A stretch of 64,000 bases of DNA from an uncultured archaeon (GCA_964373665.1 CAYJVM010000001.1:93325-157324); one strand, 5' to 3'; numbered from the stretch's first letter, positions 1 through 9,076 are shown. Notes: generated by a model from the letters alone, not told the origin. Program-made: numbers and translations.

Positions 1-16
1 TTGGCGAGCTGGAAAA

Positions 17-568
17 ATGACGGGATTCAATCCAATAAGCAGGATATTGTCAATTTTCGGCTACCAAAACAATTGGAAAAGCGGTGCAGAAGGGGAGGAA
101 ATTGTCGCTGGTCGCCTTAACGAGCTCGGAGAAGGCTTTCGCACATTCAATGATGTAATGCTGCCTGGCGAGCAGGAAAATATAGACCACATAGTTGTGG
201 GACAAAACGGCATTTTTGCGATCGAGACGAAAAACATCAAAGGCAGAGTGCTTTGCAACGGGGATAATTGGAGCAAAGTGGTAGGACCTTCTATAGAGCC
301 GATTAAAAGCCCCAGCGTTCAAGCCAAAAGGACTGCAGCCAAGCTGACTAAATTTTTGCAAACTAAACTAGAAGATTCTGCACTTGCACAGAAGATTTAT
401 ACTACACCAATTATAGTTTTCGCCAACAAAGACGTTGAATTGGCCGTTAATAGGCAGGAAGTTCCAGTGCTAAGGCCCTTTGAACTGACGCGGTCTATTA
501 TGTTCAAGTACACGGAAAACGTTTTCGCTGAATCTGACATCGAATCAATAAGCTCTTTAATCAAATAG
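17..568 (+). CDS. NERD (nuclease-related domain) protein
   Basis: The motif HIVVGQNGIFAIETKN and the overall ~180-aa layout are typical of NERD proteins. The C-terminal part overlaps a minus-strand ORF. Confidence 0.55.
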   Translation: MTGFNPISRILSIFGYQNNWKSGAEGEEIVAGRLNELGEGFRTFNDVMLPGEQENIDHIVVGQNGIFAIETKNIKGRVLCNGDNWSKVVGPSIEPIKSPSVQAKRTAAKLTKFLQTKLEDSALAQKIYTTPIIVFANKDVELAVNRQEVPVLRPFELTRSIMFKYTENVFAESDIESISSLIK

Positions 569-753
569 CGAAGAAAATCTTTCACGATGGAGATGTATGA
601 CTTGCCTGTTTGGTAGGAATACCTTTTGAGTTTTACTTCCTCGATCAGTTTGCCAATTAGGCGGCATCTTTCTTCTGGCAAATAATTTTTACTCTCATCT
701 GCCATACAGTCTGTTATATGGACAGAACTAACAAAATCTCGCTTTTTATCCAA
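397..753 (-). CDS. possible integrase N-terminal (SAM-like core-binding) fragment
   Basis: The segment KSYISIVKDFLRYL resembles the phage-integrase N-terminal SAM-like domain. No catalytic domain follows, and the ORF overlaps the NERD ORF. Confidence 0.25.
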   Translation of the reverse strand: MDKKRDFVSSVHITDCMADESKNYLPEERCRLIGKLIEEVKLKRYSYQTGKSYISIVKDFLRYLIKELIDSMSDSAKTFSVYLNIIDRVSSKGLSTGTSCLLTANSTSLLAKTIIGVV

Positions 754-854
754 AATACTCCTATTAAACGAATATTTATCTCGCTTAATAGTTGTTCAAC
801 GCAATCCACCTCCGCCCGCCTTAAAAAGAACATTTATAAAGATGTTCAGTATAG

Positions 855-1283
855 TTGTTTAATATGAGATCAAATCTTATTCCATTATTAATATTCTCAT
901 TAGTTGCTATAGTTTTTGTAAGTGGTTGTACGCAGTATGGTGGACAACAAACCCAACCTGCATCACCAACGCAACCAACATCAACGACTGTGAGTAGTGT
1001 TGAAATTACATCTTCAGGATTCAGTCCAAACACATTAACAATTAAGACTGGTGAAACTGTTACATTTGTAAACAAAGATTCTCGCCCTCATTGGCCAGCA
1101 TCAGCCGTACACCCAACACATACAGTATACCCCGAAACTGGTGGCTGTATAGGAAGCAAGTTCGATGCATGCAAAGGTTTGGCACAAGGCGAGACTTTCT
1201 CATTCAAATTTAATCAAAAAGGAACTTGGAATTACCATGATCACTTGAACCCAAGTTTAACTGGAACAATAATTGTTCAGTGA
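855..1283 (+). CDS. secreted cupredoxin-like (blue copper) lipoprotein
   Basis: It has a signal peptide with the lipobox-like sequence VSGC, a Thr/Pro-rich linker, and His/Cys residues (HWPASAVHP, GGCIGS, YHDH) arranged as in cupredoxins. Confidence 0.55.
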   Translation: MFNMRSNLIPLLIFSLVAIVFVSGCTQYGGQQTQPASPTQPTSTTVSSVEITSSGFSPNTLTIKTGETVTFVNKDSRPHWPASAVHPTHTVYPETGGCIGSKFDACKGLAQGETFSFKFNQKGTWNYHDHLNPSLTGTIIVQ

Positions 1284-1626
1284 AAATTTAATGAGCGGTA
1301 TAAAGGAAGCATTAAAAAAAGTTTTTTTGGGAAACATATATAACTGGATGATTTTGATTCTAGTTATAATAGCTGCCATAAGCGCTTACCAGTTAGGCTA
1401 CCTAATAGGTGTCCTGCAAATTATAGTGGCGGTAGTTGTGGCTGGTGTGCTTGATACTGCAATAAAGTCTTACAATAAAGGAAGCTTCTATCTTTCCAAA
1501 AGTGGCATAATTTCTGGCATATTCATAGGAGCTTTGATTACACCGAATTTACTTGCCACTGTGATTGCAGCGGCAGTCGCGATATTATCAAAACACATAA
1601 TAAAAATCAGAGGCAGCCCCTTTTAA
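1273..1626 (+). CDS. small membrane protein
   Basis: Three predicted transmembrane helices and no recognisable domain. Confidence 0.35.
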   Translation: MFSENLMSGIKEALKKVFLGNIYNWMILILVIIAAISAYQLGYLIGVLQIIVAVVVAGVLDTAIKSYNKGSFYLSKSGIISGIFIGALITPNLLATVIAAAVAILSKHIIKIRGSPF

Positions 1627-2139
1627 TGTGGCAACTCGGAAACTTCTTCGTTCGCGCACTCCGACCACGCTGCGCTCTCACTTCGTTCTGGGAGCATAAC
1701 AAGTGATATACGGTTCAGCCCTCGGCTCGGGTTTCACCCAAATTTTGCTCCGTTTCACTCCGCAAAACTTCGTATATCCTTAACGTTGGGCGTAATTCAG
1801 AATTCGGCATTCCCCCGACCACCCACCCCTAATTTGAGAGGGGTTGCTTACGAAACGGAAAAATCCTTCGCTTAACCTTCACAACGAAAAACGAAAACCC
1901 AATTTGCTTCGCAAACAAAGCCTAACATTGGTTAAGCGGTTTCACTATCGCTACACCCAAAGATTTTTCTGACGAAACGGGCCGAGGCTTTTAGCCCTTC
2001 GGGCATATAGTCTGCTACGCAGAAATAATTAACAGAAAGAGGGGTCATCTTAAATTACGAAGATATAATATGTAGCAAAGAATAACATATGATAGAATTT
2101 ACCATAAGATTTAAATAGTACTAACTTTAACTAGAATAT

Positions 2140-2466
2140 ATGTCAAAGAATCTTTTGAAAGAATCAGGGTTAATGCAAAATGCTTATGATAGATTTCTTA
2201 GAACATTATGTAATAGGACAAGATTGTCAATTATTCAATCATTAAGGGACAAGCCTAAAAATGTGACTCAACTCACAAATGAGCTCGGCATACACCAAAC
2301 ATCTGTTTCTCACGGACTAAAGAGACTACTTGACTGCGGTTTTGTTCATGTAACGCAGAATGGTAGGGAGAGAGTTTATTCTGTCAATAAAAAAACAATC
2401 AAACCTTTGTTAGGGCTAATGGAGTCGCATATTGAAAACTACTGTAAAAAGAAATGTTGTGAGTAA
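2140..2466 (+). CDS. ArsR/SmtB-family winged-helix transcriptional regulator
   Basis: The stretch RLSIIQSLRDKPKNVTQLTNELGIHQTSVSHGLKRL is a typical ArsR helix-turn-helix. Confidence 0.7.
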   Translation: MSKNLLKESGLMQNAYDRFLRTLCNRTRLSIIQSLRDKPKNVTQLTNELGIHQTSVSHGLKRLLDCGFVHVTQNGRERVYSVNKKTIKPLLGLMESHIENYCKKKCCE

Positions 2467-2467
2467 T

Positions 2468-3031
2468 ATGGATAAGAAAAAATTTCCAATAGCGAATATT
2501 GTAATATTTATTTTAGTTATAACTCTTTTTATCTCTCTTTTCTATGTCGCTTCTTATTTTCGTGAGCAGGAAGAAGAAATAAGATCAGAAAATCCCATAA
2601 CTTTTTGCCAGCCTCCAAAAGCTCCTCCAGAAGAACAAAAATGTTATTTCACAACTCATATTCACTTTTTCCCAACCATGAAGATATTTGGAGAAGAAAA
2701 AACTCTTCCTTTTGAGCATGGTACTTTAGAAAAATTTCATACCCATTATGAGGAAAACAAGGTTCATTGGCATGCACTTATCCCAATTAATCCAATAACG
2801 AAACAACCCTTAGAAAATCTTACTTTAGGAGAGCTGTTTGATGATTTAGGGATACCTTTTGACGATGGTAGAATCTATGAGTTTGAGTCAGGCATGTTAA
2901 ATCCTGCAACAAGTCAGCCTGCAAAATTGGTAGTTTTCATAGAAGGTGAAGAGAAAGAGATAGAGAATCCACGAGATTACGTATTAAACCTAAAACTTGC
3001 GCATAGAAAAATTGAGATAATATTTGAATAG
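2468..3031 (+). CDS. membrane-anchored His-rich protein, possibly metal-binding
   Basis: It has an N-terminal transmembrane anchor and the His clusters HIHFFP and FHTHYEENKVHWH. The start was placed at the ATG just after the ArsR stop codon. Confidence 0.4.
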   Translation: MDKKKFPIANIVIFILVITLFISLFYVASYFREQEEEIRSENPITFCQPPKAPPEEQKCYFTTHIHFFPTMKIFGEEKTLPFEHGTLEKFHTHYEENKVHWHALIPINPITKQPLENLTLGELFDDLGIPFDDGRIYEFESGMLNPATSQPAKLVVFIEGEEKEIENPRDYVLNLKLAHRKIEIIFE

Positions 3032-3039
3032 GTGAAAAG

Positions 3040-3915
3040 ATGATAGAAGAAAAACAAAAAATAATTTTGGTTGCGCTTTCAATAATTCTATTTGTAATTA
3101 TAGGTCTTAGTCTGGCATGGATTTCTCAACAAACAGTACTTTCAGAAGAGCCAGGATTCCTGTTTATCGCTTTCTTAGCATTCGCTGCAGGCATTACTAT
3201 GATAGTTCTACCCTGTACTCTCCCATTAGTATTCGTAATTATTCCATTATGTGCTGGCAAAGGATACAAAAAAGGTTTTACAATGGCGCTTTTGTTTGGT
3301 TTAGGTTTGACAATAACCATAACCATTTATGGCGTAATCTTAGCTTCACTTGGAAGCTATTTTGGGTTAAGCAGAGGTTCTTTTATACTGTTTTTGATTA
3401 TAGGATCCTTAGCTTACCTCTTCGGTTTATCAGAACTTAGATTGCTAAACTTAAGATTACCTCACGCGAGATTACCGAGTTTTATACAAAAAGGCAGTGA
3501 TTATTGGAAGAGTTTCGGAACTGGCTTGGTTCTTGGAAATGTGGGCATTGCATGCCCTAATCCTTTGTTTTATGTCCTTCTTATCTACATAGCAGCACTT
3601 CCTGACCCATTCACAGGAGGCTTTGTTGCACTTCTGAATGGAATAGGAAGAGCCACTCCATTAATTTTGATGGCGGTCCTTGCTATTTTAGGAATACAGA
3701 CAACTCGGTTTATTGTTGAAAAGCGAATAGCTATAGAAAAGCTAACAGGTTATGGATTGGTAATATTTGGTGCATTTGTATTAACTGCTTGGATTTTCAA
3801 AACTCCGGGCTTATGGATAGCTCAACTACCGCCAAACTTGTGGGTATGGGCAACCTTTATTTTGCTCTCTGTGTTGCCTGCATTAATTAAACGTTTTGTA
3901 AAGGTGAAAGAATGA
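3040..3915 (+). CDS. CcdA/DsbD-family thiol-disulfide transporter-like membrane protein
   Basis: A polytopic membrane protein with conserved Cys in two transmembrane helices (LPCTLPL and IACPNPL). Confidence 0.55.
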   Translation: MIEEKQKIILVALSIILFVIIGLSLAWISQQTVLSEEPGFLFIAFLAFAAGITMIVLPCTLPLVFVIIPLCAGKGYKKGFTMALLFGLGLTITITIYGVILASLGSYFGLSRGSFILFLIIGSLAYLFGLSELRLLNLRLPHARLPSFIQKGSDYWKSFGTGLVLGNVGIACPNPLFYVLLIYIAALPDPFTGGFVALLNGIGRATPLILMAVLAILGIQTTRFIVEKRIAIEKLTGYGLVIFGAFVLTAWIFKTPGLWIAQLPPNLWVWATFILLSVLPALIKRFVKVKE

Positions 3916-4742
3916 AAGTAAAGAAAACATACCTCATTGCTGTGGCGTTGATTTTTATAGTCTTAGCAGTGGCTCTTAGTGGTTTTGCCTTATGGAATAA
4001 TTTTATTATCCCAAGTTTAGGAAATCTTAGTAATCTTTCACTGATTTTAATAATTGGTATTGCATTTCTTGCAGGAGTTGTTTCCTTTTTCTCGCCTTGT
4101 GGTTTAGCTTTATTGCCTACTGTATTCAGTTATAACTTAAGGAATTTTTCATCAGGGGAGGTTACAAAAACCAAAGTGCTTTCTGTAGGTTTGTATTCAT
4201 CAATAGGAATTTTATCATTCTACGCATTGATTGGGCTTATTTTTTCTCTTTTAGGATCTGTTTTCTTTCCATATCTCAAGACTTTGCAGTATGTGTTTGC
4301 TGCAATAATCATAGCATTGGGGATTGTTATGGTTAAGAACATCTCAATAAGATTCCCTTTCCAAAAGACAATCAGCTCCGCATTTGCTGGCAAAGTCTAT
4401 GAATCAGTTGGATTCAAAAATTATTATTTGTTTGGATTTGGATATGGTCTTGCAATTATGGGGTGTGTTGCCCCTATAGTTTCTGCCCTTTTGATATTCC
4501 CCTTTATCGTTGGCAATTTCTCATTGGGTATATCGGCATTTGTTTCTTATGGAATTGCACAAGCTGTGATGCTGACAATATTTGCATGGACTACTGTCTT
4601 CTCAGAGAAGAATGTTTTTGAAAAAGCATTAAGATCCAGTGTAAAAATTAAAAAACTTGCAGGTATCGGTCTTATCATAGGAGGGATAATATTATTAACT
4701 TACTACATATTTTTTGGGATGGGATTAGTATTAGGTGGATAA
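3912..4742 (+). CDS. CcdA/DsbD-family membrane protein (paralog)
   Basis: The motifs SPCGLALLP and GCVAPIV sit in transmembrane helices. The gene overlaps its upstream neighbour by 4 nt. Confidence 0.55.
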   Translation: MKVKKTYLIAVALIFIVLAVALSGFALWNNFIIPSLGNLSNLSLILIIGIAFLAGVVSFFSPCGLALLPTVFSYNLRNFSSGEVTKTKVLSVGLYSSIGILSFYALIGLIFSLLGSVFFPYLKTLQYVFAAIIIALGIVMVKNISIRFPFQKTISSAFAGKVYESVGFKNYYLFGFGYGLAIMGCVAPIVSALLIFPFIVGNFSLGISAFVSYGIAQAVMLTIFAWTTVFSEKNVFEKALRSSVKIKKLAGIGLIIGGIILLTYYIFFGMGLVLGG

Positions 4743-5334
4743 AATGGCAAAAGAAATAGAAATAAACATAAAAGCACTAATTGGCGGGATTGTAGGAGGA
4801 CTCACAGCATCATTTTTTGCATTTGGCCCATTGATTATGAGCTTGCTTGGGTTTGATGCTGTTACATCATTAACGGTCGTAAAATATTGGATGTATCTGA
4901 TAATTACTGGTGTAATAGTTGCTTTAGCCTTTCCTTTTTCTACACGCAAAAAGAGTATTTCTTTATCAAAATCAGGAATCTTAACTTCTCTTGTAAGTTT
5001 TGGGCTTATATTTATTATAGGGGTTTATGGACTCACACCAATTTTAGCTCCGTTAGTATCTGGGAATACGCGACAAGAAATTACAAATGGTAATTACAAA
5101 GTGCTTACGTTGTCAATTCCCGGAATGGTTTGTTCAGGTTGTGCAGCAAGCATACAAGGAGCGCTAAAGAATACGAATGGTGTGATTGATGCAAGCGTTA
5201 CTCTTTCAAATAAGCAAGCAATTGTCATTTATGATCCATCAATTACTACAAAAGAAAAAATTGTTAATTTAGAAATTTTCACTAGCATTTATCCTGCCAC
5301 TATAATAAAGGATGGGGATTGGAAGCGTGAGTAA
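4735..5334 (+). CDS. membrane protein with C-terminal heavy-metal-associated (HMA) domain
   Basis: The motif GMVCSGCAASIQ (GMxCxxC) lies in a ~70-aa ferredoxin-like C-terminal domain, preceded by transmembrane helices at the N-terminus. Confidence 0.6.
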   Translation: MDKMAKEIEINIKALIGGIVGGLTASFFAFGPLIMSLLGFDAVTSLTVVKYWMYLIITGVIVALAFPFSTRKKSISLSKSGILTSLVSFGLIFIIGVYGLTPILAPLVSGNTRQEITNGNYKVLTLSIPGMVCSGCAASIQGALKNTNGVIDASVTLSNKQAIVIYDPSITTKEKIVNLEIFTSIYPATIIKDGDWKRE

Positions 5335-5581
5335 AATGGCAAAAGAAGTTTTAGTTTTAAAGACTCCTGGATGTGCCTCATGTGCACAAGCAACCATATT
5401 AATCAATAAACTCAAGAAAGAAGAGAAACTTAAAATTACTGTTAAAGAAGTTGATATAACAAAAAATCCAGACACTCTCAGAAAATACCCTATTATGAGT
5501 TCTCCTGGAATTGTAATCAATGGTAAGTTAGAGTTTGTTGGAGTGCCAAGAGAGAAAGAATTGAGAGAAAAACTTAGATAA
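5312..5581 (+). CDS. thioredoxin/glutaredoxin-like small protein
   Basis: It carries a CASC active-site motif in a thioredoxin-like context and is ~80 aa long. Confidence 0.55.
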   Translation: MGIGSVSKMAKEVLVLKTPGCASCAQATILINKLKKEEKLKITVKEVDITKNPDTLRKYPIMSSPGIVINGKLEFVGVPREKELREKLR

Positions 5582-5954
5582 TTCTTTTGAAAGATGCCCA
5601 CCTTCAAAACCTTCTTTTTCAGAAAAAGAAGCAAAAACAAAAGCTCCTGCACTGTCCTTCGGATATACAGTCGCCTTCGGCAGATTATATTAAAAGGAAC
5701 CCCCTTTATTTTATTGGAAAATCGTGGCGTCCCGCCACCGCCGAATTCTGAACTCAAAATTTCTGCGAAATTTTGCCGTGCCTTGCAGGCTCTCACTTCG
5801 TTCGGGACGCCTAACAGCGATTATCTGTGATTTTCCTGCGAAAAATCCCCAAATTCTCTAAAGAGAACTTCAGATAATCGCGATGTTAGGTGACGTTTAC
5901 TTTACAGCTCAATATGATTCAATTTTATAAGCTCATCTAAACTATCTTTAATGA

Positions 5955-7502
5955 ATGAAGTGGAAATCCTTCAAGCACAACGGCGTCTACTTCCCTCCTG
6001 AATACCAGTGGAAAAAGCTGTCAGTCAAAATCAAAGCCGAGAAAGTGCAGCTGAATCAGGAGCAGGAGGAAATGCTCTATGCTTGGACGAAAAAAATCAA
6101 CACACCATACGTTCAAGACTCTGTTTTCCAGCAGAATTTTTTATCAGACCTAAAGAAAGTCCTTCCCAAGTTCCAGCATATCACAATGGATGACATTGAC
6201 CTCTCCGAAATTATCAAGTACCAGGAGAATGAAAAGAACCTGACTAGAGAAGAAAAGAAGATGCTGGCCGCAGAAAGAAAGAAGCAGAAAGAAGCGCTAA
6301 AGGAAAAATACGGCTATGTTGAGATAGACGGGAACAAGGCAGAAGCGGCAAACTGGATGGCAGAGCCTCCCGGAATTTTCATGGGTCGTGGCCAGCACCC
6401 GTTGAGAGGAAAATGGAAGAGAAGGATTATATCCGAGGATATAATATTAAATCTGAGCAAGGACGCGGCGGTTCCTGAAGGCAAGTGGAAAAAAGTCATC
6501 CATGGAAACGATTTCATGTGGATGGCATCGTGGCATGACGAGCTCACCGACAAGATGAAATATGTGTGGCCTAGCGAAGGCTCTGTTCTAAGGCAGAAGA
6601 GGGAGAAGGAAAAGTACGACAAGGCAATGTCCATCGACGACAACTTGGAGAAGATAAGAAAGCATATCCATGACGGTCTAAACTCAAAAGACGAAAAAAC
6701 AAGAAAAGTAGCTACAGTATGCTTCCTGATAGACAGGCTTGTAATGAGAGTGGGTGACGAAAAGGATGAGGACGAGGCTGACACTGTAGGAGCTTCGACG
6801 CTAAGGGTGGAGCATATAAAATTCAATCCCGATTCCATAGAATTCGATTTCCTTGGCAAGGACAGCGTCAGATGGGAGAAGAAACTGTTGTTCTCGGACG
6901 TTGACCCGACATTCGTGAAGAACATGAAAGAGTTTACCAACGGGAAAAAACCGGACAGCCTGATATTCGACGGCATAAGCTCGCGTGATGTCAACCAATT
7001 TTTCGGCAAGTGCATCAAAGGCCTGACGGCGAAAACATTCAGGACATACCACGCCACAAACACTCTGGTATCCTACCTGACATCTGTGAAAGTCAAATCT
7101 AGCGACACCGCGCAGCAGAAACTGTACCACGCAAAGATGGGCAACCTAGAGGTGGCGATAGCCTGCAATCACAAGAAGACGCCGCCGAAAACATGGGAGG
7201 AAACTTTCGCAAGGAAGCAGGAGAAACTAACAAAATGGATGAACACTAGTCCGAAGACAGAAAAGCAGGCGGAGAAGCTCAAGGAAAGGATAGAAAAATT
7301 GAAGATGGACATAGAGCTGTCGAAGAAAACTAAGGAATACAACCTGGGGACTTCGTTAAAGAACTATGTAGATCCGCGCGTTTACAAGTCATGGCTTGAC
7401 AAGATGGGGATAGACTGGACAAAACTATACACTTCAGCGTTGCAGAAAAAGTTTTCATGGGTCACCCGCTCAAAAGTCAAATGGGAAGACGTCGTGAGAT
7501 AG
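5955..7502 (+). CDS. DNA topoisomerase IB (eukaryote-type)
   Basis: FRTYHATNT and LGTSLKNYVDPRVY match the topoisomerase IB catalytic region (the active-site Tyr lies within LGTS.KNY.DPR). The lysine-rich N-terminal region is also typical. Confidence 0.85.
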   Translation: MKWKSFKHNGVYFPPEYQWKKLSVKIKAEKVQLNQEQEEMLYAWTKKINTPYVQDSVFQQNFLSDLKKVLPKFQHITMDDIDLSEIIKYQENEKNLTREEKKMLAAERKKQKEALKEKYGYVEIDGNKAEAANWMAEPPGIFMGRGQHPLRGKWKRRIISEDIILNLSKDAAVPEGKWKKVIHGNDFMWMASWHDELTDKMKYVWPSEGSVLRQKREKEKYDKAMSIDDNLEKIRKHIHDGLNSKDEKTRKVATVCFLIDRLVMRVGDEKDEDEADTVGASTLRVEHIKFNPDSIEFDFLGKDSVRWEKKLLFSDVDPTFVKNMKEFTNGKKPDSLIFDGISSRDVNQFFGKCIKGLTAKTFRTYHATNTLVSYLTSVKVKSSDTAQQKLYHAKMGNLEVAIACNHKKTPPKTWEETFARKQEKLTKWMNTSPKTEKQAEKLKERIEKLKMDIELSKKTKEYNLGTSLKNYVDPRVYKSWLDKMGIDWTKLYTSALQKKFSWVTRSKVKWEDVVR

Positions 7503-7543
7503 CAACTTTATAAGGCACTCATACCAAAAGTAAGTTAGGTAAA

Positions 7544-7960
7544 ATGTTCTTCACGAATGTCGACTGGCTGGCAGTCCTTATAGCTGCAATAGCCAACATG
7601 GTGATTGGCGCCTTGTGGTATTCTCCAATGCTTTTCGGCAAGTCATGGATGAAGCTTACGGGAATGTCTGAAGCTAAGATTAAAGCTGCGAAGAAGAGCG
7701 GCATGATGCAGTCTTATACAATTGCTTTCATAGGCTCTTTATTGATGGCATACGTTTTTGCCGTAATTCTCACATTGACAGCATCAGCAACCTTGGCTGC
7801 GGCAAGCAAGATGGCAGTCTGGGTCTGGCTAGGCTTTATAGCTCCTGTAATGCTAGGTATGGTACTGTGGGAAGGTAAATCTGTCACACTGTATCTGATG
7901 AACATTCTTTATTATCTTGTCGCGCTTTTGGCAATGGGCGTAGTTCTAATTCTAGTTTAA
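7544..7960 (+). CDS. DUF1761-like membrane protein
   Basis: Four predicted transmembrane helices, and the motif WYSPMLFGKSWMK is typical of DUF1761. Confidence 0.45.
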   Translation: MFFTNVDWLAVLIAAIANMVIGALWYSPMLFGKSWMKLTGMSEAKIKAAKKSGMMQSYTIAFIGSLLMAYVFAVILTLTASATLAAASKMAVWVWLGFIAPVMLGMVLWEGKSVTLYLMNILYYLVALLAMGVVLILV

Positions 7961-7966
7961 GGCGGT

Positions 7967-8350
7967 TTGATGGACAAGGTTGTCCACTTCGAAGTTCCTG
8001 CTGACGATTTGGATCGCGCGCAAAAGTTCTATAGCGATGTTTTCGGCTGGAAGATAGACAAGGTTCCTGGGCAAGATATTGAATACCGCATGGCCTACAC
8101 TGTGCCAGTCGATGAAAAGTTCATGCCCAAAGAAACTGGTGCAATAAACGGCGGCATGGTGAAGAGGTCTAACAAAGAGTCGGTCGTGATTGTCATCAAT
8201 GTCTCTTCCGTCGACGAGTACGCGAAGAAAGTGGAGGATGCGAGAGGGAAGGTTGTGATGCCCGCGCAGAAAGTAATGAACATGGGCCTTTATGCGAGAG
8301 TTGAGGACACCGAGGGCAATGTAATTGGCATCTGGCAGGATTTGAGATGA
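7967..8350 (+). CDS. VOC/glyoxalase-family protein
   Basis: VHFEVPADDLDRAQKFYSDVFGW matches the glyoxalase/bleomycin-resistance fold signature. Confidence 0.6.
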   Translation: MMDKVVHFEVPADDLDRAQKFYSDVFGWKIDKVPGQDIEYRMAYTVPVDEKFMPKETGAINGGMVKRSNKESVVIVINVSSVDEYAKKVEDARGKVVMPAQKVMNMGLYARVEDTEGNVIGIWQDLR

Positions 8351-8739
8351 AAACGAAAACTATACGGCAGACAGCTAATTTCAACGCCAGCACTCATGAT
8401 GTTTACGAGGCATTGATGAACTCGAAAAAGCACGCTAAATTCACCCAGTCCAAAGCCAGCATAAGCAGAAATATTGGCGGGCTAGTTTCCGCATATGATG
8501 GATGGATAAGCGGCGTTAACGAAAAGCTGGTTCCGGGCAAACTAATCGTGCAAAAGTGGCGAGGCACTGACTGGCCAGAAGGGCATTATTCGAAAGTTGC
8601 TTTCAAACTTGATAAAACCAAGAACGGCACGAAACTTACTTTTATACAAACAGGCGTACCTGTAGAGCATTATCAGGAAATTAATCAAGGCTGGCATGAA
8701 CATTATTGGGACAAGATGAAAAGAGTTTTCGGCTGGTAA
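8347..8739 (+). CDS. SRPBCC (AHSA1/polyketide-cyclase-like) domain protein
   Basis: Length and pattern match the Activator-of-Hsp90-ATPase homolog family. The gene is translationally coupled to the upstream ORF. Confidence 0.55.
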   Translation: MKTKTIRQTANFNASTHDVYEALMNSKKHAKFTQSKASISRNIGGLVSAYDGWISGVNEKLVPGKLIVQKWRGTDWPEGHYSKVAFKLDKTKNGTKLTFIQTGVPVEHYQEINQGWHEHYWDKMKRVFGW

Positions 8740-8775
8740 AAAAAGCTTAAATATATCATACACGACCTTATCACT

Positions 8776-8991
8776 ATGTCGCTTGGTTATCGAATTGGAA
8801 GAGGGGTAACTTTAGGGGTCTTGGTAGCAGCGCTTTATACACAACCAGTTTATGCGCAAGGACCTGTGAAGGAGCAACCTTTAACACCGCTACCCATACA
8901 GCCTGTTATCAGAGACGAGCCGACAGATTTGATAATCAAAAACGACGAGTTTGCCCCGATCAATCCATTGCCTACAGGATACAGAAGATAA
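8776..8991 (+). CDS. small secreted hypothetical protein
   Basis: A signal peptide followed by a Pro-rich tail. Confidence 0.3.
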   Translation: MSLGYRIGRGVTLGVLVAALYTQPVYAQGPVKEQPLTPLPIQPVIRDEPTDLIIKNDEFAPINPLPTGYRR

Positions 8992-9076
8992 TGGACCAGC
9001 TGGGATTTGAACCCAGAGCCTCTTCCTTGCGAAGGAAGCGTTATAGGTTAACTATCTACCGTTGATCTACTGGCCC
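8992..9076 (-). tRNA. tRNA, probably Ala(CGC), with a ~12-nt insertion in the D region
   Basis: On the reverse complement the acceptor stem is GGGCCAG/CTGGTCC with a G3:U70 pair, the T-arm is CTGGG-TTCAAAT-CCCAG, and the anticodon arm is CTTCC-TTCGCAA-GGAAG. The 5' half is 12 nt too long for a standard D-arm. Confidence 0.6.

Noticed and set aside
1627-2100. Possibility that the upstream GC-rich segment encodes RNase P RNA or SRP RNA
   Set aside because: None of the universally conserved motifs are present: P4 GAGGAAAGUCC and the ACAGAA-type modules, or the SRP domain-IV GNAR/AGCA pattern. It is kept only as an unexplained repeat-bearing noncoding region.
3117-3440. An internal 107-aa plus-strand ORF and 3126-3326 minus ORF inside the first CcdA-like gene
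   Set aside because: They are alternative frames of a membrane-protein gene. The CcdA frame has the conserved Cys-in-transmembrane-helix pattern and is coupled to its neighbours.
5594-5830. A 78-aa ORF in the supplied track
   Set aside because: It lies wholly inside the GC-rich noncoding segment carrying the shared repeat motifs and an imperfect palindrome. Its composition is not gene-like and no start context is present.
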